A DNA stretch of 64,000 nt from Octopus vulgaris (lineage: Eukaryota): positions 42,284,001 through 42,348,000 of the forward strand of contig OX597815.1 of the NCBI GenBank assembly GCA_951406725.2, written 5' to 3'. The position numbers and the translations under genes are program-made. The notes under the pieces are model-generated. The model searched no databases. It was not told the DNA's origin and worked only from the letters and a program-made list of their open reading frames with translations. Below, piece by piece: positions 12,671 to 26,854 of the stretch (its first letter is position 1; every line of letters begins with the position of its first letter).

Positions 12671-13544
12671 TAAATGTTATATATATATATATATATATAT
12701 GCATGTGTTGTATATGTATATATGTGATTATATATTTGTATACGAGTTTATGTATATGTGTATATATTACAATTTTTATCCGTATTTTTACATACTACCT
12801 AAAATATTCTTCTCGCCTTATATTTCTACTCCCTCCACCTTCTACCCCCTCCACTCGTAATCGTACAAATACATACGCCTATATATACATTCACCACTTC
12901 AATCGTTTTTATTTCTTGTACCAATTTACGCCTTTTGATCAAAAAACCATTCGCCGTACTTAAACTCCCCACCCTACCTTGCTATATTCATACATACTTT
13001 CTTTTGTCCCCACGACCAAAAATATTTCCCCACCCTCTATTCTCCAATTTCTCTTTTCAAATGCGCGTCCAATTCCTTCTTTCTCTCGCTCCTCTATATT
13101 TTATTGTATTTTCTTTCTCTTCTTTCTTCCCTTCTATTACTCATTTCTTCCGTCATTTATATATCCCACACATACTGTGACCTCCACACATTCTGATTGA
13201 ATCTGCATCAACATGTACCTCCTTGCGACAATGTAGCCTTTAAATCTAATCAATATATCCTTGGCATGAAGAGTAGCCGGCGGTATACACCTCACTTGGA
13301 TTTTACCACTTCTGAGGTACCACTCGCTAAGAAACAAATGTAGCCCGGATTTCCCATACTCCATTCCGTAACGTTTGTATTCTTTTTCCCACACTCGGCA
13401 ACCCCGGTTGCCTACCGAGGAATATTAAAGGAACTTTTTTCCGCTAATCGTTATTCAATAAAAGAACAAAAAATCCGCAACCTTTTCGTCTCTTAATCCA
13501 CTATTGTTCTTGAAAGTTGTTCTTTTTTTATATTCACTACGTAT

Positions 13545-14342
13545 TGCTCGTTAATTTCGAGCATTGTATCGTAGGGTCAGTTGGACACCGTCTGTAAGAA
13601 AAACAGCACCATTACGCAATTCACTCTGCCAGAAATTTGGAAACGAAATGCTATACTGCTTGGCATTCGTGCTGGAAGATCCAATATGAACATTTCGGTG
13701 TTTGGGTATCAATCTGACGACAGTGCAATCTGGTGACATGTACCGAGAGGGATAAAAATCAAACATCTAGTCAGCATCATGGTGTTTGGAGTGATCACTA
13801 GTGATGGCGATGCTATTCCTCCATTCATCTTCTCACACGGCATCAGACTCAACACTGAGGCGTGCATCAAGTACCTGGAGGAGGTAGGGCTGCTCTGGAT
13901 GAAAAGGGAGGCTGCTGGAAGACCCTATGTCTGGCAACAGAGCTCTGCACCATGCCACACAAGCAAGAGAACCCAGTCATGGCTGTCAGACAATTTCTGC
14001 GACCACATCACTCCTATCATCTGGTCACCTAACTCCTCACATTGCATCCCCCTTGATTATTATGTGTGAGGCGCAGTTGAGCGAGAGACCAGCAAACGTC
14101 CTTGTAACATCAAAGATGAACTGAAGGCAAGGATTATGACTGCATTCACTAACTTAAGCAAGGAGACTATGCAGAAGAGTCGCAGGAGATTCCGAAGTCG
14201 TCTTGAAGCCGTGGTTGAAGCCAATGGCGATTTTATTGAATAAATTTACTCTTTAGTATTTGAAAATAATTTCTATTTAATCTTTGTATATATATATCTA
14301 TTAAAATGAGATGTGAGTGTTATTTTACATTTTTGCATAATT
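13545..14342 (+). mobile_element. maT (DD37D) transposon, internally deleted
   Basis: Same family as 8032-9124; ORF 13779-14069 MVFGVITSDGD..WSPNS..PLDY; internal deletion near 13730. Confidence 0.88.
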
Positions 14343-14344
14343 TA

Positions 14345-14640
14345 TCAGGTTGAGTAAAAAGTAAGCAACGTTTTGAACCATGAAGAATTTGTATCGGATT
14401 TTTGCAGAGTTTTGAACTTTTTTCAACATTTTTCTGGAATTGTCTGATAGTACTGATATAGACTTACCCAAATGCGTCAATACATTAATATGGATACTTT
14501 TTTCACCGTTGTTGCAATCATCTGAAATGGAACTGTAAAAGCGCGATGTTTGAGCAATTTTGCTATTCAACTTCTAAAAAGGACGTCAACCAGCTGAAAC
14601 TTCTCACGATATCACGAAACGTTTGATGAGGAAATGACCA
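14345..14640 (+). mobile_element. mariner 5' fragment
   Basis: TA|tcaggttgagtaaaaagtaagcaacgtttt matches the TIR of the element at 50779-52027. Confidence 0.75.
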
Positions 14641-14849
14641 TTATTAGGTGGGCCGCAATACTAAAATAAACTCAAGGTTACTTTTTTTGTAAGACACGCT
14701 ATTCAAAAATTCTCGCGAGCCGTAAGTTGCCTATGACTAATCCCGGCTGTCACATTTGCAGACGGTGTAGGTCCTGTATCGGGAAATTAGGTTATGAGGC
14801 AGCTTTGCTAATCAGATCAGCTGTCACAACGAGAATAATATAAAATAAC

Positions 14850-15147
14850 TGTTTCTAGTTACGGTACATCGCCAGCAATTTAGAGGAGCAGGGTTAGTCA
14901 ATTAATAGGTCCAATACTTAGCTTGGATAAGGTAGCGAGCTTGAAGCATCGTTAGCAAGCCGGGTAAAATGCTTTGTGGCAAATCGTTCGTCTTCACGTT
15001 ATGAGTTCAAATTCTGTCGAGGTCATCTTTGCCTTTCATCCTTTCGGGGTTGATGAAATAAGTACCAGTTGAGTACTGAGGTCGATGTAATCAACTTACC
15101 ACCTCCTCTGAAATTGCTGGCCTTGTGCCAAAATTTGAAGCCAATTT
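14850..15147 (+). mobile_element. Family B SINE
   Basis: gagttcaaattctg..gcctttcatcctttcgggg..aagtaccag body. Confidence 0.75.
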
Positions 15148-15377
15148 TTAGTTTGGGTTGAGCATTCTGCCCTGAGGAGCTATGTAAGAGATTCTGATTG
15201 TAAATATTTTCGCACGGAGTTTATCATTCTTGTGACAACATGACCAGAAGAATATCCACACCCATAATACATAAAATATTTTAGTTCAGTATTATAAATA
15301 GCAATACATATTAGAACGTTGTCTAAAAGATTTACAACGGAAATTGTGTAATCAAACATCCATAGTAAAAGTAGATC

Positions 15378-15610
<233 letters not shown>

Positions 15611-16468
15611 TATGTATTTATATATATATACATATTCATTCCTACGCATACATGCACACGCACACCTACATATATGAAAGGAAAGAAATTGATTGATGGT
15701 TTTATCCCGAGCTAAGGATATTTCTATTATCAGTTTCTGTCAATATATATACATGCATATATACACCCACATGCACTTATATAGCACAGAAACACGCACG
15801 TGCACATAAATGCAATCACACACACACACACACACACACACACATCAGCAAGAACATCAAAACGATTTAACAAACAGTATAATAATAATAAACTGTTCGA
15901 CATACGGATATAAGTTCAGGTGATGAGTGTAACATCTAGAATTTGCATGCAATAAAACACTGCATATAGCGCCTCAAATACTATTGTACATGAACAGTAC
16001 ATTGTATGGAGAATGTTCGTGACCAAATATATAATAGTACAACGGAAAAATTACTAAATATAAAACATTCAGGCAAAGGAAAGTTGATAAAATGAAATGA
16101 ACAAAGAAATAAAATCACACAGACATATATACATATTCCTAGATAGAATACGACATATGTAATATATCTATAACTATATATTTATATATGTATATGGGCG
16201 TATTTATCTGTGTTTGTTGGATGTGATTTTTCCGAGCTGTGTTACCCTATTCACTGTCATCATGACTAATGTAGTTGCTATAAATATCAAGACTTATTGT
16301 CGAGTATTTATTGGGTACTTTGTCGCATTATGTCTCGGTTTAGATCGGTCGGAATTTGTGTTCAACATACATATATTACGTACATGCATGGCTGCATACA
16401 CACGCACAATCCCACGCACGTACGCACACAGACACACACACACATGTGCATAATATTTTTTGGGAACA

Positions 16469-16830
16469 GCGAAGCTCAAAGCAGATAACTCTATAAATAA
16501 AAGCGTATAATAATAGGGTTAAAAATCTCTTTGAATTGAAAAACTCAAATGCTGCCCTCAGGACTCGAACTTTTATTTTCTGTAAACATTACAGACGTTC
16601 TACCGTTGGAACAGATCAATCATTCGAATTCCTTTATCCATTTTCGAAACTTTATTCTTGCTAGCGAGAATTGTGTGTTGCTGAGGGAACGGGGAATAAT
16701 GGTTTGGAACAATGAAATCCGAAGATCTGGGTTCGAGCCGCACAGGCAGCCTTTGATTTCTTATGCGAAGGATTTTTAACCTAATATTTACACGTTATTA
16801 TATATAGTTTTATCTGCTTCGAGTTTCAGC
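16469..16830. mobile_element. Fold-back element with two outward-facing tRNA-like B boxes
   Basis: Arms ~16469-16570 / ~16730-16830; GTTCGAGTCC on minus at 16561-16570 and GGTTCGAGCC on plus at 16730-16739. Confidence 0.6.
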
Positions 16831-16893
16831 GTTTCGAGAGAAAAGAATGAATCATTTCACGTTCTCCGAAAGTTTATAAATGCTTATGGCATC

Positions 16894-16994
<101 letters not shown>

Positions 16995-17117
16995 CACACA
17001 CACACACGTACACACAAGCGCGCAACATACATACACACACGCACGCAACATACACACATACACACAAACATACGAACGCGCACATATACATAGACATATA
17101 AACATACACACGGACAC

Positions 17118-17171
<54 letters not shown>

Positions 17172-17174
17172 ATC

Positions 17175-17209
<35 letters not shown>

Positions 17210-17210
17210 A

Positions 17211-17568
<358 letters not shown>

Positions 17569-17569
17569 A

Positions 17570-17616
<47 letters not shown>

Positions 17617-18329
17617 TTGTATTGTACAAGTTAAGGTACATAACGTATAGAAAGTATTTAGAATTCACGTCCACGTGTTTCTTTACATGTTAGAAGAGAA
17701 AGCTGTTATTTAGTCGAACTTCCTGTGGTATCCACAATAATAAAATTATAGAATAACAGAAAAATCAGGACCAGAAGGTTTATTCTGAGATTATTTTCTT
17801 ATAGCACCCCTAGATGTAATTCGGTGAAAATATGTGGGGCCTGACATAATTATTTCCTCTTCACATATCAAGAGTTAATTTTAGATTCAATTCTGATATG
17901 TAAAGATATAATAATTACCCCAGGCATGGTTAATGTAATCCAATTATAGAATCTTTACTTAAACATAAAAATATCAGAACCGACTATTAGCAGTAAAAAT
18001 TATAATTCAAGCGTGTAAATGACATAACTCAAGAATGCTAGATAACTCGGGATTAAGAAATGCGTGAACAGTTTTATTTCATTTCAAACTATTTTCAAAA
18101 ATAAGTTACCATTATTCATAGAATTCTTTAATTCTTAAATGAATATGAAACATGATAGAAACGTGTGGAAACGGAGTATTCGGAGAAAACCCACACATTT
18201 AAATATTGGAACTGCAATACATTAATTGACGAATTATATTAAGATTTGTAATTGGCTTCAGCTTACTTATTAGATATGTACCCATTATAGCCTCGGGAAC
18301 TACGAACATTGTGAAGTCAGTACTTGAGG

Positions 18330-20240
18330 AATCCTAATGCTTTTGGTTGTAGCAAAAATGCATAAATAAAGAAACTGTGGGAGCTTCTAACACTTGAGCT
18401 TCCTACGTAAAACTGACCATTAACAAAGTAGTATTTCTCAAGATGCAGTCTCGAAATGCCAATGTTTGCCTTTGGGATTTATTGATTGAGATGGTAAAGG
18501 TTAGGTGAAGTCTCCTAAATCAAACGGACACATCTGTTGTGGTGAATAGAATTGTAGGTTTAATTGCATCTTCTTCTTTGGTGCATTCATTGAAATTAAT
18601 AGTCTTGGTGACATGTGCCATTAGCTTCTTAACAATTTGTCTGGGGCCACTGCATAGCTGCAACTGATAAAATTTTACTGCGTCATTATTGGGAATATTG
18701 TTTTAGTTGACGCCTGTGGGGCGGTAAATCTGAAGGTCACAATAAACTTCAAAATTCTACAGGAATTTCTTCGTGATCCAAAAGACATCTTTAGCTATTA
18801 CCATTTCCTAAAAATACCCGCAATATCTGTCACTTTTGGAGTAGTTGATGATGTTGCAGGTTGAGAAACACCTTCGATATTCACTTGCCTGCTATCTTGC
18901 CAGTACTTCCAAAAGGAAATATTCCTTCGTATCAAGTTTTTGGCAAAATGGACAGATAGTTGATTCCTGAGAACTTGAAAATGTAGAAAAGTTTTAACTT
19001 CAGTACAAAACGATGATGATTTAAGGTAAGGACGGAATTCATCGGATTTTGTTCCTTCAGAGGTCATTAGCTGAAACTGACTGAAGGCAGTTGACAATAA
19101 GATTGCCACTCCTTCCGTTCAAGATACATTGTCACATAAGTTCTTAACTGTCCTGTTCAGCGCCTTCAGAGTTACCTTGTGATCCATTATGTATTCTACT
19201 CGGACAGTCATTTTGGATTTTTCAAAACCTTGTCTGGTTCCCGAATTCTTGACAATGTTGCAAAAAGGTACGTCGTTTGTGCTCAAGTTCAAAAGGAATT
19301 TGCGAGTAGAATGTGCTATGCAGTTTGCACTCACTGGAAGGAATGCAGTGGGAATACCTGAAGAAGAAACATTAGCTGCCCATTTACCCATTTATGTTGA
19401 CGGACTTTGGCAAGCAGTAACTGATTAGGAATGTCTTTCTAGTTCCACTCGGAGTATCAAGGAAGCAAATTCCAGCCTCTTGCTGCTGATCCCGGTTAAA
19501 AATAGTCGAATAAACTGCCGTCTAGTGTCTTTAGTGAGTATCAGTATGATGTAATGATTCTGATGCTAGATTACCTATTTCTTTAGTGCCCACAAGGGGC
19601 TACACACAGAGGGGACAAAGAAGGACAGACAAACGGATTAAGTCGATTATATATCGTAACTGGTACTTAATTTATCGACCCCGAAAGAATGAAAGGCAAA
19701 GTCGACCTCGGCGGAATTTGAATTCAGAACGTAACGGCAGACGAAATACGGCTACGCATTTCGTCCGGTGTGCTAACGTTTCTGCCATCTCACCGCCTCC
19801 CGTAGCTAGATTACCGTTTTCAATGTAGTTAGGTTGAGGCAGATCATATTTTCCAACTTCTTGGCTATTTATATCCTTGACATTGTCGATGAGGGTTACG
19901 TCGTAGATTTTATCTATATTCTATTTTCATGACGAATAACCTGTTGCGTTTGATGCTCGAAGTGTTTGGCAAGCTCATCACGAAGATAGTTGAGCCAAGG
20001 CAGACTGGGTGGTTCACAGACTCTTGGCTCTTTGAGATACAGATGCTTCTGACTATCTCGCATCCCACTGGGAATCATTCTCCACCAACCCTAGTGTAAA
20101 GTATTAACTTGAATCACGCACTTTATGGAGGAGAAGTCTTACGAAAAAGAATTCATGTTGAATGTCATGTACTGCATACACTCTTCCTATGGCACTGTTC
20201 AAACTTTCATTACTGTGGTATGAAGGTTGAGTCACGAGAA
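18330..20240 (-). mobile_element. Helitron Rep/PIF1-helicase remnant
   Basis: AIGRVYAVH..FFVRLLLHKVR, AHS..LLNL..PFCNI.K.SG, IMDHKVTLKALNRT, YLKSS, LCSGPRQIVKKL and INKSQRQTL resemble Helitron RepHel motifs; many stops and frameshifts. Confidence 0.85.
19576..19804 (-). mobile_element. Family B SINE inserted in the Helitron remnant
   Basis: Reverse complement of 6736-6970; 11 bp TSD gctagattacc at 19565-19575 and 19805-19815. Confidence 0.9.
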
Positions 20241-20612
20241 AGGAATTAAGTTTAATCAAACTATGCAAGCATACACACACATTCATGTGTATCTATTCGT
20301 ACCTGTTTGTGTGTATGTATGTGTGTGTGTATATATGTGCTTATTCTGTATATATTTATGTGTATGTCTCTTACACTCATATATCACCTGTACACACACA
20401 CACGAATACACTGACAAATACATGTACACGTACACGCACATGTACATATATATTAATTCTCGAAAGGAACACGTCGTTGTGCTATGTCTATACGATGCGT
20501 GAATGTTTTTGTCGATATGTGATGGAGCAATATTGAGGGTTAAATGAAAACATAAACCTACTTAATTTGTTTATAGATAAATACAAATCTGCAGATTCAC
20601 ACACACACACGC

Positions 20613-20690
<78 letters not shown>

Positions 20691-21729
20691 TATACATCAA
20701 CGACGACACGTATCGGTAAATGTGTTTTTTTTAAAGATTTATAGAAAATGTCCGCAAACAGATACAATATACAATTTCTTATAACCAATGATAATGTGAA
20801 AATATTGATATTTAAATATTGTGCTTTAATTTGCTTATATCTACTTAAACAAACATAAATTCACTACATAGATTTTCACGTTGGGCTCCACCCATTTGCG
20901 CCGACACCTCGAAAGAAGATATCGCTCGAAATATTGCATATAATATAAACAGTATAAAAATTCCCAAATCAACATCTTCAAATACATAGTATTGAGAAAT
21001 TTATTTCTGCTTTCTCTAGGGTGTTTGATAAAAGATTTAAGAAGAAGGAAATGATAATTCCGCCTCTCCATCGTAGCTACGTACACTTACATGCACGCGT
21101 GCACACACGTGCACGCACACAGAGGCACGTTTACACACGCGCCTATGCACACACGTATATACTCTAAAAAATGTAAATTCACGTAAATAAATATACGCAT
21201 ATTTGTTTTCGACATGAAAAATTTGTGTAACTGTATATATGCATGTGTGAATTTATTCATATGTATATATTTATGCGTGTGTGTTTGTGTGTGTATATGC
21301 GTGTGTTTGTGTGTAAATATGTGTGTGTGAGTGTGAGTGTGTGTAATGATGTATATGCGTGTATTATGTTTTTCTAGCCTGGATATTCTAGCGCACATGC
21401 ATATAGGAGTATCATATTATTAATCCTGTCGTGTTTCTTCCGATCTCTGTCAACCTGTTTCATTCCACATTGACACGCTGGAAGCAGTTACCAACCTTAA
21501 AGAAGTGAGTTTCAACGTCACGATAAATGTAAAGAGATAAAAGGAAAAAAAGAAAATTAAATGTCGAAGCAACATTTTACTTAAGTGCAAATATACCCAC
21601 GAAATACAAATGTATTCACAAATACATGGAAAATGTACGGAAAAATACAGGCATAAATATCTTAAAAATACACTCAAAGCTCTGCTAATAAACTCTCAAT
21701 CTTCTTACTAATATACTCACAGTGAGAAC

Positions 21730-22105
21730 AAATAAACGCACAACATTCTCATACAAGTAATGTTAAATTCTCAACATATACTCCCAAATAAATTCACAAG
21801 TACATTCGCAACATATGGTTATAAATAAATTCCAAAAAATATTCGCAACATGTATTTACAAATAAATGAGCAGATACATTCTCAATAAATGCTTACAAAT
21901 AAATTCACAAAAACATTCACAACATATATTTAAAAATAAATATATAAATACATTCTCAACAAATGTTTGCAAATGAATTCACAACATATATTTACAAATA
22001 AATGCACAAATATATTTTCTACAAATGCTTGCAAATAAATTCACTAAAACACTCTCTACATATACTTACAAACAAATTCACAAATATATTCGCAAATACA
22101 TTTAT
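21730..22105. repeat. Degenerate ~37 bp minisatellite
   Basis: About 9-10 units resembling caaataaattcacaaatacattcgcaacatatattta. Confidence 0.75.
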
Positions 22106-22694
22106 TTGTGAAGATACAGAGACAAGTTTTTATTAACAATGCAACGTATCAGTTGGTTTATATGCAAGAATATACAGAGAAATGTTTTAACAAATAATGT
22201 TTTCAGAAATTATGTAATAAAGTATACATAATGTAATGGCTTGAAGAAAGTTTATTTGATAGTTCAGTAATACAGCATAATATATGTCATGACCATATGT
22301 TTAATTATGTAAATATAGTAAAAGCAACGGGTAATAATTTATATTGTTATCCATTAGTATTACTTGTTATTGACAGAATTAATTTTGCACTGATAGCGCT
22401 ATCCTTCTAATTCACAATACACTTCGTCTTTAGTTGTTATGATTGATCTCATAATTTTAGGTGACACAGGATTAGAAATGATCTACGAGGCTATCAAGTT
22501 CAAGTGAAACAATTATCTCTTAATTGACGTTAATTTGAAACTAATATTCGCTAACGGCAAAAATTATTCTGCTGTTCTCAGCAGAAGGCCACTATTTGTG
22601 GTTTAAGCATTTTATGCACTGCGTCTGTGTTCTACTGATACTATTTGCTGTGTATTAACTGTATCAGTTTCTACAATTCTTGCACTTATTTCCA

Positions 22695-23215
22695 GAAGCT
22701 GGTGCAACACTTGTGCTTGTTTGCTGAAGCGAGGTAGGTGTAAAAGCCAATTCACTATACAATGTTCCAGTATACTCTTACCTACGGTCATGGATTTTGT
22801 GTAATGACCAAAAGAATACGATCGCGAATACTAGCGACTGAAATAGGGTTACTCCGAAGGGTCTTATCAGTAACGTTACTCGATAGAGTGCGTAACTCAG
22901 AGATCATTGAGGCACTCCAGGTAGAGCCGCTGCTTCTCCGAATTGAAAGATCACAATTCTGGCACAACGGATAGGTGGTAAGAATGTCTCGGGAATAAAT
23001 CGTTGGACAGATTTTACGGGGAAAGCAAAATGGCGGGAGACCCAGGAGTAGACCACGTGCAAGATAGTTGGATAACATCCATGAGTTCGGTTGGTCGCGC
23101 TTGGGGATGCACCCACATCAATTGGAGATGGTTGCTTTTGACAGGACTCGACGGAAGGAATGCTTGAGGACTCTACTCCCACGATCCTCCCAGGAATAAG
23201 CGGGTGAAGAAGATG
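22695..23215 (+). mobile_element. RTE-clade LINE 3' fragment
   Basis: TLTYGH..MTKRIRSRI.ATEIGLLRRV..VTLLDRVRNSEI..LQVEPLLLRIERSQ..RPRSRPR; gaagaagatga-type tail. Confidence 0.85.
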
Positions 23216-23399
23216 AACTTACAGAACGCTGAAACGTTATTTTTATTTCCATATATACATATCTTGATATTATTCCTTTGCTCCTTTGCTAAGTACCCAG
23301 AGAGGAAAGATAGCGAGCAGAACCCCGGGTTCACTGAATCCCATCAGTATTAAAGTTTAAGGTAGCGGAGATAGTGTTCAACCTTCATTCTTTTGTGAA

Positions 23400-23900
23400 T
23401 ACTTCAGTGGAAAAAGAGTTGAAATTGGGTACATGCTTTCTTATTTTGGGAAAATTAGCATTAGTTGGGGGTAAATATATTTCCCACTGCTGTCAAAGAC
23501 ATTTGTTTGTAAATGCTGACTTTGAATCTGAAAAACTATTTTGTGTGAATTTAATGACGAATTTTATTCCTTCAGTAATTAATCTTTTTCTATTCGGTGT
23601 GGAATTTCCTTTGGGAATTATGTTGTTTCTGGTACAAGCCAGAATTATGTTGTTTCTCGTACATAGTTGCCTGAGATACTAATGTAGATGTTAAATACAT
23701 CAAATGATACAAGCCTTGTGCTTTTGTTAACATTTCTCGGGAAGTGTTTTAAGAGGTGCAAGTCACCTTTTATAAACCTTAGTATATTTCACAATGGATT
23801 TCAGCAGTATCTTTACAAAGTTACTACGTCTGAGTGTTTCACAAACCGGGCCTGTTACAACTGATCTTAATTTAAGATCATTGACGTGCAATATGTTTAT
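23400..23900 (-). mobile_element. Penelope-like reverse transcriptase remnant
   Basis: Frameshifted minus-strand SVVTGPVCET..LKHFP..STRLVSFDVFNIYISI resembles PLE RT (RPIVSG..LVSFDVxSLYTNIP). Confidence 0.65.
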
Positions 23901-24995
23901 ACATGTAGTTAATTCTGTACAGGTTTCGGAAAAGATGGAAAAGGACCGAAATGTCTAATGACACGTATTGCACTAGAAGACATGTTTGCCTCTGCAAGCA
24001 TAGCAAATCTTAGGTAAAGACGATGGTTGATGAAGTAGCTGGAGGCATAAAGTGTATGCAAATATTTGGGTCTGTAGCCAAGTATGATCCTGTGAAGTCT
24101 ACACCTGTTATTACTCCTTTACCCTTACCATTCATGTCTCGATCACTCTTCTGTCTACTGTATTCTTTTTCTGTAATTAATGAAAACAGAACCCATTACT
24201 ATGTGTATCATCACCCTTTTTGGTTTGCCAGTCATCACTTCCTTTCTCTCAGCCACTTGCTACTGTCTTTTCCTCCTTCTTTCTTATCTGTGCTCTCTTG
24301 ATTATCATTGACTACTTCATCCTTACCAACATATGACTACCGAGACCTATATTTCTATCACTCACTTATTTACCGCACTCTTGCAACCGTTACCCACCCT
24401 TCATGCTCCATCAGCCTGTATGTTCAATCCTATTTACTTAATTGGGTGTATTTCCTTGAGAGCGCTTTGACGCCCCATACCATCATCTCTGTCTCTCTTC
24501 TTAGCACCGCCCTATCCACCTCATACCTATATTTAGCATGAGTTAGCTCTAAATCTCTTCCTAATCAACCTACACCACTTTACTCCTTGTCAATCACTGA
24601 TTCACTCTCAGCCACCCCTGACACTACTCCTATTCTTTCCTTTCTATTACTCCCTTCCCTAACATTGTCTACTAGCTTCTCCATCGGCAACACAAACCAA
24701 TTCCGTCACTTCTCAACACCTCACCTAGTCAGGACTCATTCTTCTGTTCCTCTTTGAGGTGGAAACTCTTTACTTTTGCAAGTACTCTTTACTTTGGCGA
24801 CTTCACTAGTGCTGGTTCCATAACAAAGTTCCTCAGTACACTCATGTGATTGGCGCTACGAACGACATCTGGTTGCAGAAGCAATGCCTAGAACTGAGGC
24901 ACTGGAGCAAGACGGCAACCACTGATCCGTTAGATTCTGTCGAATCGTGCAATGCCAACATGAAAAGCTGGAGTAAAATGATGATACACGCACTC

Positions 24996-25079
<84 letters not shown>

Positions 25080-25556
25080 GTCAAATCGAAAAATCGAACA
25101 TTAAAATTAACAATAACAAACGATAAAAGGACGTGCACATGGAATGTATCAATTTGACGCTCAGTGAAAAGAAAGAGTTTTTGATGTTTCGAGCATAGCT
25201 CTTCGTCGGATAGGAAAACAAAAGTTCAGAGAAGGAAAAAAAAATCACCAACAGCACATGTGTAGTTACATTGATGTATACATGAATATATACATTAAGA
25301 AGAAGAACAAATTTTTTCCTCTTCTACTATAACAAAACAACATCCTCTTTTCGGTTTATATAAAAGGTGAAAGAAAATTTATGTACACTATCTTGAAGAC
25401 TTCGATTGAACGAATGAAAGCGCTAATACAGAATTATCCAAAATTCTGACTGCCTCCTTCTTAGTATACAATATCTGTACACCACTTTAAACACACACAC
25501 AGGCGCGCGCGCACACACAAATGCACACACACACACGCACACACACACATACGCAC

Positions 25557-25999
25557 ACACATTCTTGTATTTCGAGATGGTCATTTCTTTTTTTTTACCA
25601 AATAAACACACGCACCATATATTCGTTCTTCACTCGTTTATTACTGTCCTTATTTTATTACATATCTATTGTCCGGAAATCTTTCGGCACACATCTGTGA
25701 CTTCTTCAGCAACACTTTCCATCCTCATGTGTGCTCCTGCTCCGCTTAGTACATTCTATTCTATATAGAAGATAAAGAAGAACAGAATAGACTAAGCGGA
25801 ACGGGAGCACACACGAGGACGGAAAGTGTCGCAGAAGATTTCCGGACACTAGACATGTGATAAAATAAGGACAGCAATAAACGAGTGAAGAACGAATATA
25901 TAGTGCGTGTGTTTATTTGTAAAAAAAATATGACCGTCCCAAAATACAACAATGTGTTTCAACTCACGGTTTCACACCAGGAATCTTACAACACAAATT
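25557..25999. mobile_element. ~400 bp palindromic element with hammerhead motif and tail
   Basis: Arms 25557-~25760 / ~25785-25957; tail 25958-25999; minus CUGAAGA-AGUCACAGAUGUGUGCC-GAAA-GAUUUC at 25669-25716. Confidence 0.75.
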
Positions 26000-26307
26000 C
26001 ATAAAGTGTTTGTGTGTGTGTGTATGTGTGAGAGTGTGTGTGTGTATGTGTGTGTGTGTGTGTGTGTTGTGTGTATCAACCTATCTATCAAAACAAACTT
26101 AGCTTCCCTGTTTCCGTCAAATTCGTAGTTGTTTTTGTAAACAAATTTTCTATGTGCTTTCGGTGCGAGTGGTTTTGTTATAGGGCGCCGGGTTTTACAA
26201 TCCTGGAAATAATAATAATGGTATTTATATAAGCCTAAAGCTTATAGCGATCACCGTGCAATGACTAAGGAAAAATAGTCTAATAACGGGGTATATAAGT
26301 CCTCGAC

Positions 26308-26419
26308 AGAAAAACAAGTAGGCTTTCCTATCCGCGTGGGACTCGAACCCACATCCCTGTGTTAACAAAGGGGTGTGGGTTCGAATCCCACGCGGATAGG
26401 AAAGCCTACTTGTTTTTCT
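26308..26419. repeat. Near-perfect 112 bp hairpin built from a tRNA-like T-arm
   Basis: ~50 bp arms, each containing GTGGGTTCGA(A/G)TCCCAC facing outward. Confidence 0.85.
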
Positions 26420-26429
26420 AATATGCATA

Positions 26430-26830
26430 ACCGCCTGAAACGACAACGGGAGTGAGGGAAGGAGGCATCATGATTTGGGCAGGTATTATTGGAGGTATTA
26501 TGGTTGGTCTTTGGAAAGTTCGGGACGGTGTTAAAATGACTGATGACTTTCTGAGGGAGTACCTTGAACCATGGTTTAAAAAGCAAAGGATCACCTTTAA
26601 GACAACCATAATATTCATGCAAGATAATGTGCCCTCGCACTCAGCGAGGAAAACTACAGAGTATCTGCAACAATGAGGCTTCTGTGGACCTTGGAAGATA
26701 AAGTGATCTGCCTGTTCCCCCGACTTAAACCCAACAGAAAACTTGTGGAGTATTCTAAAGCGACGGGTTAAAGAGAACGCCAATTTAGGAGCAAGGCTGA
26801 ACTGTGGCAGGCATCAGTGAATGTATCTTG
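26430..26830 (+). mobile_element. Tc1-like DD37E transposase fragment
   Basis: GGIMIWAGII..FMQDNVPSH..SPDLNPTENLW; 37 residues between D and E; internal stops. Confidence 0.8.
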
Positions 26831-26854
26831 TGGTATATATATATATATATATAT

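Noticed and set aside
21450-21540. Exon encoding HIDTLEAVTNLKE followed by GTGAGT
   Set aside because: Upstream in-frame stop with no AG acceptor between it and the segment.
21730-22105. CRISPR-like periodicity
   Set aside because: No constant repeat with unique spacers, no cas genes, eukaryotic context.
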